From positions 1 to 54,024 of the IMG/VR virus record IMGVR_UViG_3300027741_000087: DNA of 54,024 bases; one strand, given 5' to 3'. Positions 19,502 to 28,495 of this stretch are shown here, one piece after another. The notes beneath the pieces are model-generated. The model was not told the origin of the DNA. It did no database searches and worked only from the letters and a program-made list of their open reading frames with translations. A program made the translations under genes and the position numbers. Source of the DNA: a virus (lineage: Duplodnaviria > Caudoviricetes). Position 1 is the first letter of the stretch. The number at the start of each line of letters is the position of its first letter.

Positions 19502-20356
19502 ATGCAAAACTTTAGGCTTTTTACTGAAAAAAAGACCTACACACTATCGTCAAAAGACGAAAAGCAAGTAGAAAAAATTTTACAGAATTATAATGCGTTT
19601 TTTAATCCTGTAACAGTTGGAGATAATCCTGAAAAAAAGCTTTCTAAAAATAAATTATACAATAAAAAAGAAAGAACGTTCTTTCTCGGAACTATAAAAT
19701 ATCACGATCCTATTTTAAATGATGAAGGTATCGTATCTGTTGTTGTTAACTTCGAACCTAATATAAGTGCTCGAGGCGCGTATATACATGATACAAATAC
19801 AATTGAGCTCTTTTATGTGATTTTTAATAATCTATCAGAGAATTTAAAACGAAATACAATTGCTCATGAGCTTTTCCACGCCAAGCAACACTACAGAAAG
19901 ATCTCACCAGAAGCGAGAAGAGCTGTGCATAAACGTACTCTCGATGACGGTGCTGTAACTATTCGCAGTAAGCGCGGGTATTATTTTAGTCAGAATGAAT
20001 TACCCGTACAACTAGCATCAATTGTATATGAACTAGAGCGTCAATATAATCTTATCTTAAAGCATATCAAGACAGGTAAAAACGCTAAGTTCTGGGAACG
20101 TCAACGAGGAAGTTTTTTACAATTATTAGAGCGTTTTTTAAGAGAGCGTTCTATTAAAAATTTCCCCCTACCTAGCTATTTACATGATCAACAAGATTTT
20201 ATTGAAACACTTTTTCGTAATAAAAATAATCCTAAATACGCTAAAACATACAAAAACTTCAAAATAAAGTTACATTTTACATACGATAAGCTGCGTAAAT
20301 TAAAAGCACCTAATATTAATGAACCAGAAATTAAAACTAGCGTATCAAAGTCTTGA
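19502..20356 (+). CDS. Putative zincin-like metallopeptidase
   Basis: TIAHELFHAKQH (HExxH) and downstream YY...NE. Confidence 0.5.
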   Translation: MQNFRLFTEKKTYTLSSKDEKQVEKILQNYNAFFNPVTVGDNPEKKLSKNKLYNKKERTFFLGTIKYHDPILNDEGIVSVVVNFEPNISARGAYIHDTNTIELFYVIFNNLSENLKRNTIAHELFHAKQHYRKISPEARRAVHKRTLDDGAVTIRSKRGYYFSQNELPVQLASIVYELERQYNLILKHIKTGKNAKFWERQRGSFLQLLERFLRERSIKNFPLPSYLHDQQDFIETLFRNKNNPKYAKTYKNFKIKLHFTYDKLRKLKAPNINEPEIKTSVSKS

Positions 20357-20549
20357 TTGGGTCTATGAGCAGATTAGCGATTTAAACCAGCGCATTAACG
20401 ATTACATCTTCTTTTCAGGGTGCGATATTAAACTCAAATCTGCAGATGTTGTTCAGTTAAAGGCTTTTAGCATTGAATGCGATGAGTTAATGGCGCGTTA
20501 TTTAAAAGACCTTCGAACAATTGAAAAATTAGCTGGTAAAGAAGAATAA
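20319..20549 (+). CDS. Hypothetical protein
   Basis: ORF track; helical composition. Confidence 0.55.
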   Translation: MNQKLKLAYQSLDWVYEQISDLNQRINDYIFFSGCDIKLKSADVVQLKAFSIECDELMARYLKDLRTIEKLAGKEE

Positions 20550-20568
20550 GTGTATCTATTATATAGAG

Positions 20569-20964
20569 ATGCACGGTCAAGAACAGCTGCTCAAATATAA
20601 AAACATTAAAGTGTATCTTGCGCGTTTTATTAATAAAATAACGAGGGAGAGGTTTTTTAAATTTGGTGTCACAGGTAAATATGACGCAGCTAAGCGTTTT
20701 ACAGATAAGGAATACGATCTATGGGACATTAAGATAATGGCAACTGCCTATGGTCCAACCCTTGAAGTACTTGAGCTTGAGCAAGAGCTACTACACCAGT
20801 ATCCGAAGAATTTTTATCTTCCGGAAAAAATAAAAGGAGTTAGAGAGATTTTTAAAATTGAAGCAGAGCTAGAACATGCAACAGTGAATAAAATTATTAC
20901 CTTTATGAAAGAAAGAGGCAATATCTGGTATGATCAGCGAAAAATCCTTGCCTCACATATATAA
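20569..20964 (+). CDS. GIY-YIG/T5orf172-like nuclease-fold protein
   Basis: VYLARF...FFKFGVT....KRF...ELEQELL...GVREIF. Confidence 0.55.
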   Translation: MHGQEQLLKYKNIKVYLARFINKITRERFFKFGVTGKYDAAKRFTDKEYDLWDIKIMATAYGPTLEVLELEQELLHQYPKNFYLPEKIKGVREIFKIEAELEHATVNKIITFMKERGNIWYDQRKILASHI

Positions 20965-20987
20965 GCCAGTATAATCAGCTTTAATAA

Positions 20988-21079
20988 GCTCCCGTAGTTT
21001 AACAGTAAAACACTAGTCTTATACACTAGAAGTCCTAGATGAGGGCGTGATCCCGGGGCAGAACCGGGCGGGAGTACCA
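20988..21079 (+). tRNA. tRNA with UAU anticodon (Ile) and long variable arm
   Basis: GCTCCCG/CGGGAGT acceptor stem, CTAGT-CTTATAC-ACTAG, ~22-nt variable region, T-arm CCCGG-GGCAGAA-CCGGG, ACCA; TTGCCT-N16-TATAAT promoter at 20948..20975. Confidence 0.8.
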
Positions 21080-21226
21080 ATTTCTAAATTAGTGAATAAA
21101 AACAATCTCTACCGTGTTTGGACAAATGTATGGAATGGTGAGAGAGTTATAATTATTGCAATTATTTGCTGTATTATTATTTTTATTCTTGAGTGCCTGT
21201 ATCTAAGCTATTAATATAATAGAAGC

Positions 21227-21553
21227 ATGGCAAAACAATATATCCTAAAAGATATCGACGCTAAGGCTAAAGTCTTACAGAAGTCATTTACAAAAGCTCA
21301 CAAAATTATTGAACGTGCTCAAAAACGTGTTTCGCGAACAGGTAAGGATAAGTCTCTTCTTAAAGCAGCCTGTGAACTTGGATATATTTGTAATAACGCT
21401 CCTATTACCAAAGATGGTAACCGCTATGTCAATCCTATGACATCTGGTGATAAGCTATTTCTAGAAGAGATGGGCACGTATAAGTGTATAGAATTTAAAC
21501 AAAATGAATTTTTTGATTGCACTGGCATGCCAGTCTATCTAAAATGGTATTAA
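21227..21553 (+). CDS. Hypothetical protein
   Basis: ORF track, plausible start context. Confidence 0.6.
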   Translation: MAKQYILKDIDAKAKVLQKSFTKAHKIIERAQKRVSRTGKDKSLLKAACELGYICNNAPITKDGNRYVNPMTSGDKLFLEEMGTYKCIEFKQNEFFDCTGMPVYLKWY

Positions 21554-21566
21554 CAAATTTAGCTAT

Positions 21567-21642
21567 GGCTGCGTACGCTAACTGGCATCGCGACCTTACT
21601 TAAAATGAGGTGTTTTTGTGGGTTCGACTCCCACCGCAGCTA
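21567..21642 (+). tRNA. tRNA-Leu(UAA), short variable region, no encoded CCA
   Basis: GGCTGCG/CGCAGCT acceptor stem, CCTTA-CTTAAAA-TGAGG, GTGGG-TTCGACT-CCCAC. Confidence 0.75.
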
Positions 21643-21692
21643 GCTAATTACTTAAAACGTGATTAATATTACGGGTTCAGAACAAATAATCT

Positions 21693-21848
21693 ATGACAAC
21701 AAAAAACAACATCGTAAAAGTCTGGGGTGCTACTACTTCAAAAAGTAGTTTTGCTGCCAGAGAACAAAAAGAAACTGCAGCTCGTCGTCGTATGTTCGGT
21801 CAGAAGAGTCGTGCCCAGCGTTCAGACGCTGGAAAGAAGAGGAAATAA
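21693..21848 (+). CDS. 51-aa basic peptide ending RAQRSDAGKKRK
   Basis: MTTKNNIVKVWGATTSKSSFAAREQKETAARRRMFGQKSRAQRSDAGKKRK; paralog of the next ORF. Confidence 0.7.
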   Translation: MTTKNNIVKVWGATTSKSSFAAREQKETAARRRMFGQKSRAQRSDAGKKRK

Positions 21849-21849
21849 T

Positions 21850-21987
21850 ATGCCAAAAGGAACTAAAAACGTAATCGTTAAACATTCCAGTAATTCTGGT
21901 AATAAGAGCTTTGCTTCACGTTCGCGTAAGATTGGATTCCATTCCGTTCGCGCGCAACGTAGTGATGCAGGTAAGAAGCGTAAATGA
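21850..21987 (+). CDS. Short basic peptide ending RAQRSDAGKKRK
   Basis: MPKGTKNVIVKHSSNSGNKSFASRSRKIGFHSVRAQRSDAGKKRK; ATG directly after the previous stop. Confidence 0.65.
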   Translation: MPKGTKNVIVKHSSNSGNKSFASRSRKIGFHSVRAQRSDAGKKRK

Positions 21988-22160
21988 AGTTAGAACAAAA
22001 CCAAGAGCTGACTTTGTTCCAAGCACTCAAAATGTATCTTGTAATAGGTTGTTTTACTATTATATTACTTGCATTATCGGTGGGTGTCATCTATACACCT
22101 ATAAGAAACTTTATTCGCAATTATAAACCTACTCCGACATCCCAGCTTCATCATACTTAA
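21984..22160 (+). CDS. 58-aa putative membrane peptide
   Basis: MKLEQNQELTLFQALKMYLVIGCFTIILLALSVGVIY...; stop overlaps the next ATG. Confidence 0.5.
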   Translation: MKLEQNQELTLFQALKMYLVIGCFTIILLALSVGVIYTPIRNFIRNYKPTPTSQLHHT

Positions 22161-22372
22161 TGAAAACACATAACCAATATTCCTTTACTATTATGTATAG
22201 TGGAATGGAGTTTAATTGTGAATTAAATGGGTTACAGTTAACCGTGCAATCACGAGGCTTTTTTGAGGAACGAGCCTATAAGAGTCTTAAAAAGTATCTT
22301 GAAGATGAAGGTTTTATTAAAGAATTAGATGAGCAAAAAGGTATTTCTGATAGATATAAAAAATTACTATAA
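22160..22372 (+). CDS. Hypothetical protein (L..YL..EGFI family)
   Basis: C-terminal motif shared with 29998..30201. Confidence 0.6.
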   Translation: MKTHNQYSFTIMYSGMEFNCELNGLQLTVQSRGFFEERAYKSLKKYLEDEGFIKELDEQKGISDRYKKLL

Positions 22373-22379
22373 AGTCTTT

Positions 22380-22451
22380 GCATCATCCGGCGGATTCCGG
22401 GCAGGAAACTTCTAATTTCTTAAGCCGAAAGTTCGACTCTTTCATGATGCA
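22380..22451 (+). tRNA. tRNA-Arg(UCU), irregular D-arm
   Basis: GCATCAT/ATGATGC acceptor stem, GGAAA-CTTCTAA-TTTCT, GAAAG-TTCGACT-CTTTC. Confidence 0.7.
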
Positions 22452-22460
22452 CTATTTTAA

Positions 22461-22543
22461 GCTCGGGTGGTGAAATTGGCAACCACACAGGTTTTAGAGT
22501 CCTGCGCCGAAAAGGCTTGGAGGTTCGAGTCCTCTCCCGAGCA
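22461..22543 (+). tRNA. tRNA-Leu(UAG)
   Basis: GCTCGGG/CCCGAGC, loop TTTAGAG, long variable arm, canonical T-arm. Confidence 0.85.
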
Positions 22544-22545
22544 CT

Positions 22546-22962
22546 TTATTTGTGAAGATGTTTGTGTATATCTTGTAAAATAGCTTTTATTTCTGCTCTC
22601 TCGGCAGAAGCTATTTTAAGTTCTTCTAATGCAGATTTATCAAGACGAATATCTTCAACTAATTTTTTAATAACAATATTTGTCTCCTCATCTAAAGCAA
22701 CATCTTTAATAAGGTGTTCTCTATCGCGTTCGGATTGTCGATTAGAGGACATTAGAATAAGAGGGGTAGCATAAGCTGCTTCAAAGGATAGAAACAAATT
22801 AAGAAGAATAAAAGGATAAGGATCAAAATTTACAATCTTATCAACATTAATAAAAATCCATATTAATAAAATAGATGATTGAATGATAATAAATTTCCAA
22901 GAACCGAGAAATGAGGCAATGTTATCTGCTAGATTTATACTAAAGTTCTTAAGCTGTTTCAC
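22546..22962 (-). CDS. DUF1003 membrane protein
   Basis: GSWKFII...FDPYPFILLNLFLS..AAY..PLILMS.NRQ..RDR signature. Confidence 0.85.
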   Translation of the reverse strand: MKQLKNFSINLADNIASFLGSWKFIIIQSSILLIWIFINVDKIVNFDPYPFILLNLFLSFEAAYATPLILMSSNRQSERDREHLIKDVALDEETNIVIKKLVEDIRLDKSALEELKIASAERAEIKAILQDIHKHLHK

Positions 22963-23022
22963 TATATATATTTAATTTTATACTTGCTCTCTTCTTTATT
23001 AGCCTATATATTTTAAGAACAG

Positions 23023-23097
23023 GCACGGATAGCTCAGCGGTAGAGTCCTCGGTTTACATCCGAGTTGTCGTGGGTTCGAATCCCTCTCCGTGTACCA
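23023..23097 (+). tRNA. tRNA-Val(UAC)
   Basis: Canonical cloverleaf, CTCGG-TTTACAT-CCGAG, ACCA. Confidence 0.9.
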
Positions 23098-23184
23098 TTT
23101 TTAGGGAATATAACTTATCGGTCACGACAGCTATTAGCTCAACGCTTGCTTTGTACTTTTCAAAAACAAGTACTATTGGATGCT

Positions 23185-23355
23185 TTATTTAAAGCTCTTT
23201 AAAGTAGAGCTATTGTGATGGTAGCGCTTTGGTACGTATACACCACGACCTTCAGCAATTATCTGCGTACGTGTCTTGTAGATAGGGTATTGGACTGCGT
23301 TAATAGTTTTTTTATTAAAGAAGTTTGCGAAAGCGTTTTTTATAAATTCAACCAT
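23185..23355 (-). CDS. 56-aa hypothetical protein
   Basis: MVEFIKNAFANFFNKK...; TATAAATA on the minus strand shortly upstream. Confidence 0.45.
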   Translation of the reverse strand: MVEFIKNAFANFFNKKTINAVQYPIYKTRTQIIAEGRGVYVPKRYHHNSSTLKSFK

Positions 23356-23411
23356 ACCCGGGTTAAAAATATTTATAGTCTATTTGTTCTTTATTTTCAA
23401 TAAATAATTAT

Positions 23412-23750
23412 GTGCAGTATATTTCTTTAACATATCCACAAACCGCATCACTCCTATTGCAAGGATACAGATATGATAGTCTTTTTAAGGTGTATCTGAG
23501 CTCAGGAAGCATAGTATTTCCGGGTCTAACAGCTATTAATTTCTTTTCTAACAACCATACAGTTTCTGCTGCTTATCCTCCGTTTTCCGGATATGAATAC
23601 CCGTCAAAATACTATAACGTTTTAGATAAGAATAATCTTCAAGTAACGTTAACAAGCTTCAACGCTATAGATCAATTATATGATATAATTATATTCAATT
23701 ACGCAGGATATACAAAATTATCAGATCATGGATTTTTAATAAAAAATTAG
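23412..23750 (+). CDS. Hypothetical, possibly structural (beta-rich) protein
   Basis: GTG start after ATAAATA; S/T/Y/F-rich. Confidence 0.6.
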   Translation: MQYISLTYPQTASLLLQGYRYDSLFKVYLSSGSIVFPGLTAINFFSNNHTVSAAYPPFSGYEYPSKYYNVLDKNNLQVTLTSFNAIDQLYDIIIFNYAGYTKLSDHGFLIKN

Positions 23751-23845
23751 CTGTTAGTTATTTAAAACGCTATAAACCTAATCAACGATAGTTAAATCTT
23801 GTACGAGTATAAAATTTTCAATAGGCTGTGAATAAATACCTATAT

Positions 23846-24085
23846 ATGAGCTATAATATTACAGTAGGCAAACCACAGGTAGTTACTCTCGATAGCGTTG
23901 TTATTGAGGTTGTACGTGATCTCTTCACACAAGAAAAAATCGTAGCAAGAATTAAAGATCTCCCGCGTCCGGTTGTTCTTTGGAGCGGCTCCACAGAGTA
24001 TGCAGCTGCCTCGGCATGGACAAATGAGTCAGCACATGCACGTGCTATTGAAGTGCTCTCGCTTAGTGCTGTTCCTTTTGAATAA
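23846..24085 (+). CDS. Small protein, paralog of 352..594
   Basis: Start MSYNITVG after ATAAATA; VVLWSGSTEYAAASAWTNESA motif. Confidence 0.75.
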   Translation: MSYNITVGKPQVVTLDSVVIEVVRDLFTQEKIVARIKDLPRPVVLWSGSTEYAAASAWTNESAHARAIEVLSLSAVPFE

Positions 24086-24126
24086 AAAGCAGTTGATTTA
24101 AAATAAAAAAAAGCGCATACTTAAGT

Positions 24127-24384
24127 ATGCGCTTTTTTATTTGCTTAATTACTCTTATTTTGTCAGGTTGCGTCACCATACCCCCACAAGACACCATTGT
24201 TACTACTAGCAGCTGTTTACCACGAACGCCTACCAGTATAACACCGTTCCAAAAGCCAATGTCTTATATAACAGAAACACATCGACCTCAACAAATTACG
24301 GACCAATATCATTATGTCTGGAGCTGTATGGTGAATTATGGCTGGGGAAGAGGGTGGGTTGATAAACAGAATTTTAATAATTGA
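24127..24384 (+). CDS. Putative lipoprotein
   Basis: Signal peptide with LSGC lipobox. Confidence 0.55.
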   Translation: MRFFICLITLILSGCVTIPPQDTIVTTSSCLPRTPTSITPFQKPMSYITETHRPQQITDQYHYVWSCMVNYGWGRGWVDKQNFNN

Positions 24385-24482
24385 AAAAGCGATTATTTAA
24401 TCTATAATCTGTTTATATTTTACCACAAAAGTTTTTTATGAAATCCACACGCCGTGAAACCACCAAATAAATATAATAGATT

Positions 24483-25457
24483 ATGAAGATATTCGACGAA
24501 CAAATTAGCCGCAAGCCAAACAATTATAAGTGGACAGATGAATTTATTGAATCAATGCACAATGGATTCTGGACAGATAAGGAATTTAGTTTTAAATCCG
24601 ATGTTCAGCAATTTAAGGTTAATTTGACCGATCAGGAGAGAGAGATTATTATTCGAGTGTTATCAGCTATCGGACAAATAGAAATTGCTGTAAAAACATT
24701 TTGGGCTAAGTTAGGTGAGAATCTACCTCAGCCCTGCTTTCAAGATCTTGGCTATGTAATGGCAAATACCGAAGTTATTCACAATAATGCCTATGAACGG
24801 TTAATTTCTATTCTAGGGCTTGAAAATGTATTTGAAGAAAACCTAAAGCTTGAATGGATTGAAGGTCGAGTAAAATATCTTCGTAAGTATACTCATAAGT
24901 TTTATAAGGACTCGAAGAAGCAATATCTGTATGCTATTATTCTTTTTACTCTCTTTGTTGAGAATGTATCTTTGTTTAGTCAATTCTACGTTATTAATTG
25001 GTTTGCGCGGTTCAAAAATGTTCTCAAGGATACCGATCAGCAGGTAAAGTATACCCGTAATGAAGAGAATATTCATGGTATTGTCGGTACAAAGATTATC
25101 AATACAATTAGAGAGGAATATCCAGAACTCTTTGATAAGGAGCTTGAAGATCGTGTTCTCCACGAAGCTCAAGAAGCTTATAAATCTGAAGCTAAGATTG
25201 TTGATTGGATGGTTAATGGAATCAAAGAAGAAGGGCTTTCAGCTCCTATTCTTAAGGAATTTATTAAAGAAAGAATTAATGAATCTCTTAAGGGAATTGG
25301 CTTCCCTACAGCCTTTGAAACTGACAAGGACCTTCTTAAAAAGACGATATGGTTTTCCGAAGAGTTACTAGGTAATAATCTCTCAGATTTTTTTCATAGT
25401 AAGCCCACCAGCTATGCTAAAAAGAACCAATCTTTTTCTGAAGACGACTTATTCTAA
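24483..25457 (+). CDS. nrdB: Ribonucleotide reductase class I beta subunit
   Basis: FW..KEF, QIE, EVIH..AY, VENVSLFSQF, EENIH, DFF motifs. Confidence 0.95.
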   Translation: MKIFDEQISRKPNNYKWTDEFIESMHNGFWTDKEFSFKSDVQQFKVNLTDQEREIIIRVLSAIGQIEIAVKTFWAKLGENLPQPCFQDLGYVMANTEVIHNNAYERLISILGLENVFEENLKLEWIEGRVKYLRKYTHKFYKDSKKQYLYAIILFTLFVENVSLFSQFYVINWFARFKNVLKDTDQQVKYTRNEENIHGIVGTKIINTIREEYPELFDKELEDRVLHEAQEAYKSEAKIVDWMVNGIKEEGLSAPILKEFIKERINESLKGIGFPTAFETDKDLLKKTIWFSEELLGNNLSDFFHSKPTSYAKKNQSFSEDDLF

Positions 25458-25492
25458 TTGTTATTTGAATTTTTGAGATTAAAATACTACGC

Positions 25493-27142
25493 ATGAATAA
25501 GGATATCTATTGGCTTAATAAGGACTCGAGAAAGTTTCTCAGTCGTGGTTACCTTCTCGAAGATGAAACCGCCGAACAACGCATTAGAGACATAGCAGAA
25601 AAAGCTGAACATTATCTTAATCTCCCAGGCTTTGCTGATAAATTTGAAGATTATGTCTCAAAAGGCTGGTACTCACTTTCTAGCCCTATATGGAGCAATT
25701 TCGGTAGAGTTAGAGGTTTACCTATTAGTTGCTTTAACTCTCATGTATCAGACGATATGAACGCAATTCTATACAAGATGGCGGAAGTTGGATATATGTC
25801 AAAAGTCGGTGGCGGTACATCTGGTTATTTTGGAGATATTAGACCAAGAGGAACAGCTATTTCCTCAGGCGGTGAAGCGACCGGTGTCCATCATCAGCTT
25901 ACAGTATTTGAATCATTAACGAATTATATTTCCCAGGGTAATGTTCGCCGTGGCTCGTTTGCAGCTTATCTACCTATCGATCATGGAGACATTGAAGAGT
26001 TTTTGAAGATCCGAGGAGAAGGTGACGATATTCAAAACCTTTCAATCGGTGTTTGTATATCGGATAAATGGATGAAGTCCATGCTTGAGGGGGATAAGGA
26101 AAAACGTCGCATTTGGGGACTTGTTATTAAAAAGCGTTTTGAGTCTGGTTACCCTTATCTTTTCTTTACCGATAACGCTAACAATAACAAGCCTCAAGTT
26201 TATAAGGATAAGAATTATAAGATTAATGCGAGTAATCTTTGCAGTGAAATCTTTCTTCCTTCTAAGGACGATGAATCGTTTGTATGTGATCTTTCTTCAA
26301 TGAATTTGCTTCACTGGGATGAGTGGAAAGATACAGATGCTGTTGAGACGCTTGTATATTTTCTTGATGCGGTCATGACAGAGTTTATTAATAAGACAGA
26401 AGGAATTGAGTTTATTAAGCATGCTCGAAATTTCGCAATCAATCATAGAGCATTAGGTGTAGGTGTTCTTGGATGGCATTCTCTTCTTCAATCAAAGATG
26501 ATCGGGTTTGAGTCAATGCAAGCTAAAATGCTCAATACCCAGATTTGGAAAACAGTTCGTGAACAAGCAGATAGAGCTACAGAAAAGCTTGCTACAGAAT
26601 ACGGTGAACCGTCTGTTCTTAAGGGATACAAGCGTAGAAATACTACAACCCTCGCTGTAGCACCAACCACATCGTCTTCGTTTATTCTTGGACAGGTATC
26701 TCCATCTATTGAACCGCTTGAATCAAATTATTATATCAAAGATTTGGCGAAGGGTAAGTTTACTTATAAAAACCCTTATCTCAAGGAGTTACTCAAATCC
26801 AAGGATAAGAACGACGATGAAACCTGGATGTCTATTCTTAAGCATGGTGGATCGGTTCAGCATTTAAAGTTTCTTTCACAGGAAGAAAAAGATGTCTTTA
26901 AGACATTTGGAGAGATTTCACAAAAGGAAATTATTATTCAGGCTGCCGGTCGTCAAAAATTTATTGATCAAGGTCAATCATTGAATGTGATGATTCCTCA
27001 CGATGTAAAGGCTAAAGATGTAAATGAACTCATTATCTTTGCCTGGGAACAAGGTATTAAGAGTCTTTACTATCAGCGTAGTACCAACCCTGCACAAATG
27101 CTTGTTCGTTCAATCCTTACATGCTCATCTTGCGAGGCATAA
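25493..27142 (+). CDS. nrdA: Ribonucleotide reductase class I alpha subunit (short, no ATP cone)
   Basis: PISCF, GGGT, RRGS, SNLCSEI, APTTSSS, KSLYY, C-terminal CSSC. Confidence 0.95.
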   Translation: MNKDIYWLNKDSRKFLSRGYLLEDETAEQRIRDIAEKAEHYLNLPGFADKFEDYVSKGWYSLSSPIWSNFGRVRGLPISCFNSHVSDDMNAILYKMAEVGYMSKVGGGTSGYFGDIRPRGTAISSGGEATGVHHQLTVFESLTNYISQGNVRRGSFAAYLPIDHGDIEEFLKIRGEGDDIQNLSIGVCISDKWMKSMLEGDKEKRRIWGLVIKKRFESGYPYLFFTDNANNNKPQVYKDKNYKINASNLCSEIFLPSKDDESFVCDLSSMNLLHWDEWKDTDAVETLVYFLDAVMTEFINKTEGIEFIKHARNFAINHRALGVGVLGWHSLLQSKMIGFESMQAKMLNTQIWKTVREQADRATEKLATEYGEPSVLKGYKRRNTTTLAVAPTTSSSFILGQVSPSIEPLESNYYIKDLAKGKFTYKNPYLKELLKSKDKNDDETWMSILKHGGSVQHLKFLSQEEKDVFKTFGEISQKEIIIQAAGRQKFIDQGQSLNVMIPHDVKAKDVNELIIFAWEQGIKSLYYQRSTNPAQMLVRSILTCSSCEA

Positions 27143-27150
27143 ATAATTCT

Positions 27151-27519
27151 ATGAGATTAGAAGCTTTAATGGAAGCTGTAAAATCAGCATTGAATACAAC
27201 AGAATCCTTTCTTGAGTTTCTCCATAAGCGTTTAGCTGGTGCTATTAAGATTGAAAAGATGACTAGAGAGAAAGGAGGCTATAGCCTTCTTACAGCTATT
27301 CACTATAAAGCCAAGCTTAAACCTTATAAGGATGCTATCAAACATGCTGATAAGGAGGATAAGGATAAGCATTACAAGATGATGGCTGATGAAACTTATA
27401 AGAAGCTTAAGGATTGGGATAAGATGTCCCAGCGTGAATTCCAAGCTGCTATGGGTATTCTAGAGGTATACGGCGAGGTATACATTCGCTCTACAAAACC
27501 CGAAAGCATTCGGTTGTAA
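27151..27519 (+). CDS. Hypothetical protein
   Basis: Start MRLEALME after ATAAATA. Confidence 0.65.
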   Translation: MRLEALMEAVKSALNTTESFLEFLHKRLAGAIKIEKMTREKGGYSLLTAIHYKAKLKPYKDAIKHADKEDKDKHYKMMADETYKKLKDWDKMSQREFQAAMGILEVYGEVYIRSTKPESIRL

Positions 27520-27520
27520 T

Positions 27521-27679
27521 ATGTTTAAAGAAGAGAAGCTAGAAAAAGTTGTTCTTTCAAGAGAAGAATTTAATTATTATCAACAACTTCGAAAGCAGGC
27601 TCGTGTGTATGATGCTCCTAATTACGGTGTAAAACCATTTAGAGCCAATAAAAACAGGCATTACAAAAAGAGGTATTGA
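27521..27679 (+). CDS. 52-aa hypothetical protein
   Basis: MFKEEKLEKVVLSREEFNYYQQLRKQ...; fills the gap between adjacent ORFs. Confidence 0.45.
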   Translation: MFKEEKLEKVVLSREEFNYYQQLRKQARVYDAPNYGVKPFRANKNRHYKKRY

Positions 27680-27681
27680 TT

Positions 27682-27915
27682 ATGTTCAAATGGCTAGCTA
27701 TAACTATTATTCTTACAGTTACGAGTTTAGCCGAAACAAATACACCAACAAAATCGATCTTACATGATCGGATTGATCTTATAAATGTTGACATGCAGAC
27801 AAGTTATCGCTTACTGTTAAAAGCTGATAAAACATTCCTTTTAACTGGATATACAATTCAAGACAATTATACTAAGCTCATTCACACGTATTCCGTGCTC
27901 CATATAGATCTTTAA
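27682..27915 (+). CDS. Hypothetical secreted protein
   Basis: MFKWLAITIILTVTSLA signal-like N-terminus. Confidence 0.45.
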   Translation: MFKWLAITIILTVTSLAETNTPTKSILHDRIDLINVDMQTSYRLLLKADKTFLLTGYTIQDNYTKLIHTYSVLHIDL

Positions 27916-27919
27916 ATTT

Positions 27920-28495
27920 ATGATACGAGATAGAGAAATTGTTTTAGTATTAAATCGCTGTTGGCAGGCTATTGCAACCAAGACCCCTGCAGAAGCGCTT
28001 TCTATGATGTACGCTGATGCTGCTACAGGGTTAGATGTTCGTGGTACAGAGACTATGATACCTTGCAAATGGAGTAATTGGATTACCTTACCGTACGATA
28101 ATAGTTCTTCGTATATTAACACTGTTCGCGGACAAATAAAAATACCAAAAATTATTATTCTCAGTAAATTTGACCGCGTACCGAAGAAGCGTCCAAAATT
28201 CTCCACACGCGCTATTTGGGTGCGTGATGGTGGTGTTTGTCAATATACAAATAGAAAACTAACCCCAAAAGAAGCTAATATCGACCATATTGTCCCCCGT
28301 TCACGGGGTGGTAGGACGGATTGGTTAAATTGCGTAATAACAGATAAGAAAATCAATGCATATAAAGCTAATAGAACACCTGAAGAAGCGAATCTAAAAC
28401 TTATTAGACCTCCTAAGGAACCAGCTGAAATCCCCGTTACTCTTTATATTAAAAATAATCACGGAATTCCGGAATGGGATTTGTTTCTTAAATGA
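27920..28495 (+). CDS. HNH endonuclease (McrA-like)
   Basis: VLVLN..WQAI; RDGGVCQY; NIDHIVPRSRGG.T.W.N....IN..K.NRTP.EA. Confidence 0.9.
   Translation: MIRDREIVLVLNRCWQAIATKTPAEALSMMYADAATGLDVRGTETMIPCKWSNWITLPYDNSSSYINTVRGQIKIPKIIILSKFDRVPKKRPKFSTRAIWVRDGGVCQYTNRKLTPKEANIDHIVPRSRGGRTDWLNCVITDKKINAYKANRTPEEANLKLIRPPKEPAEIPVTLYIKNNHGIPEWDLFLK

Noticed and set aside
21727-21987. 86-aa ORF with GTG start
   Set aside because: Better explained by two tandem peptides starting at 21693 and 21850
24483-27142. Introns or inteins in nrdA/nrdB
   Set aside because: Both ORFs are continuous and compact
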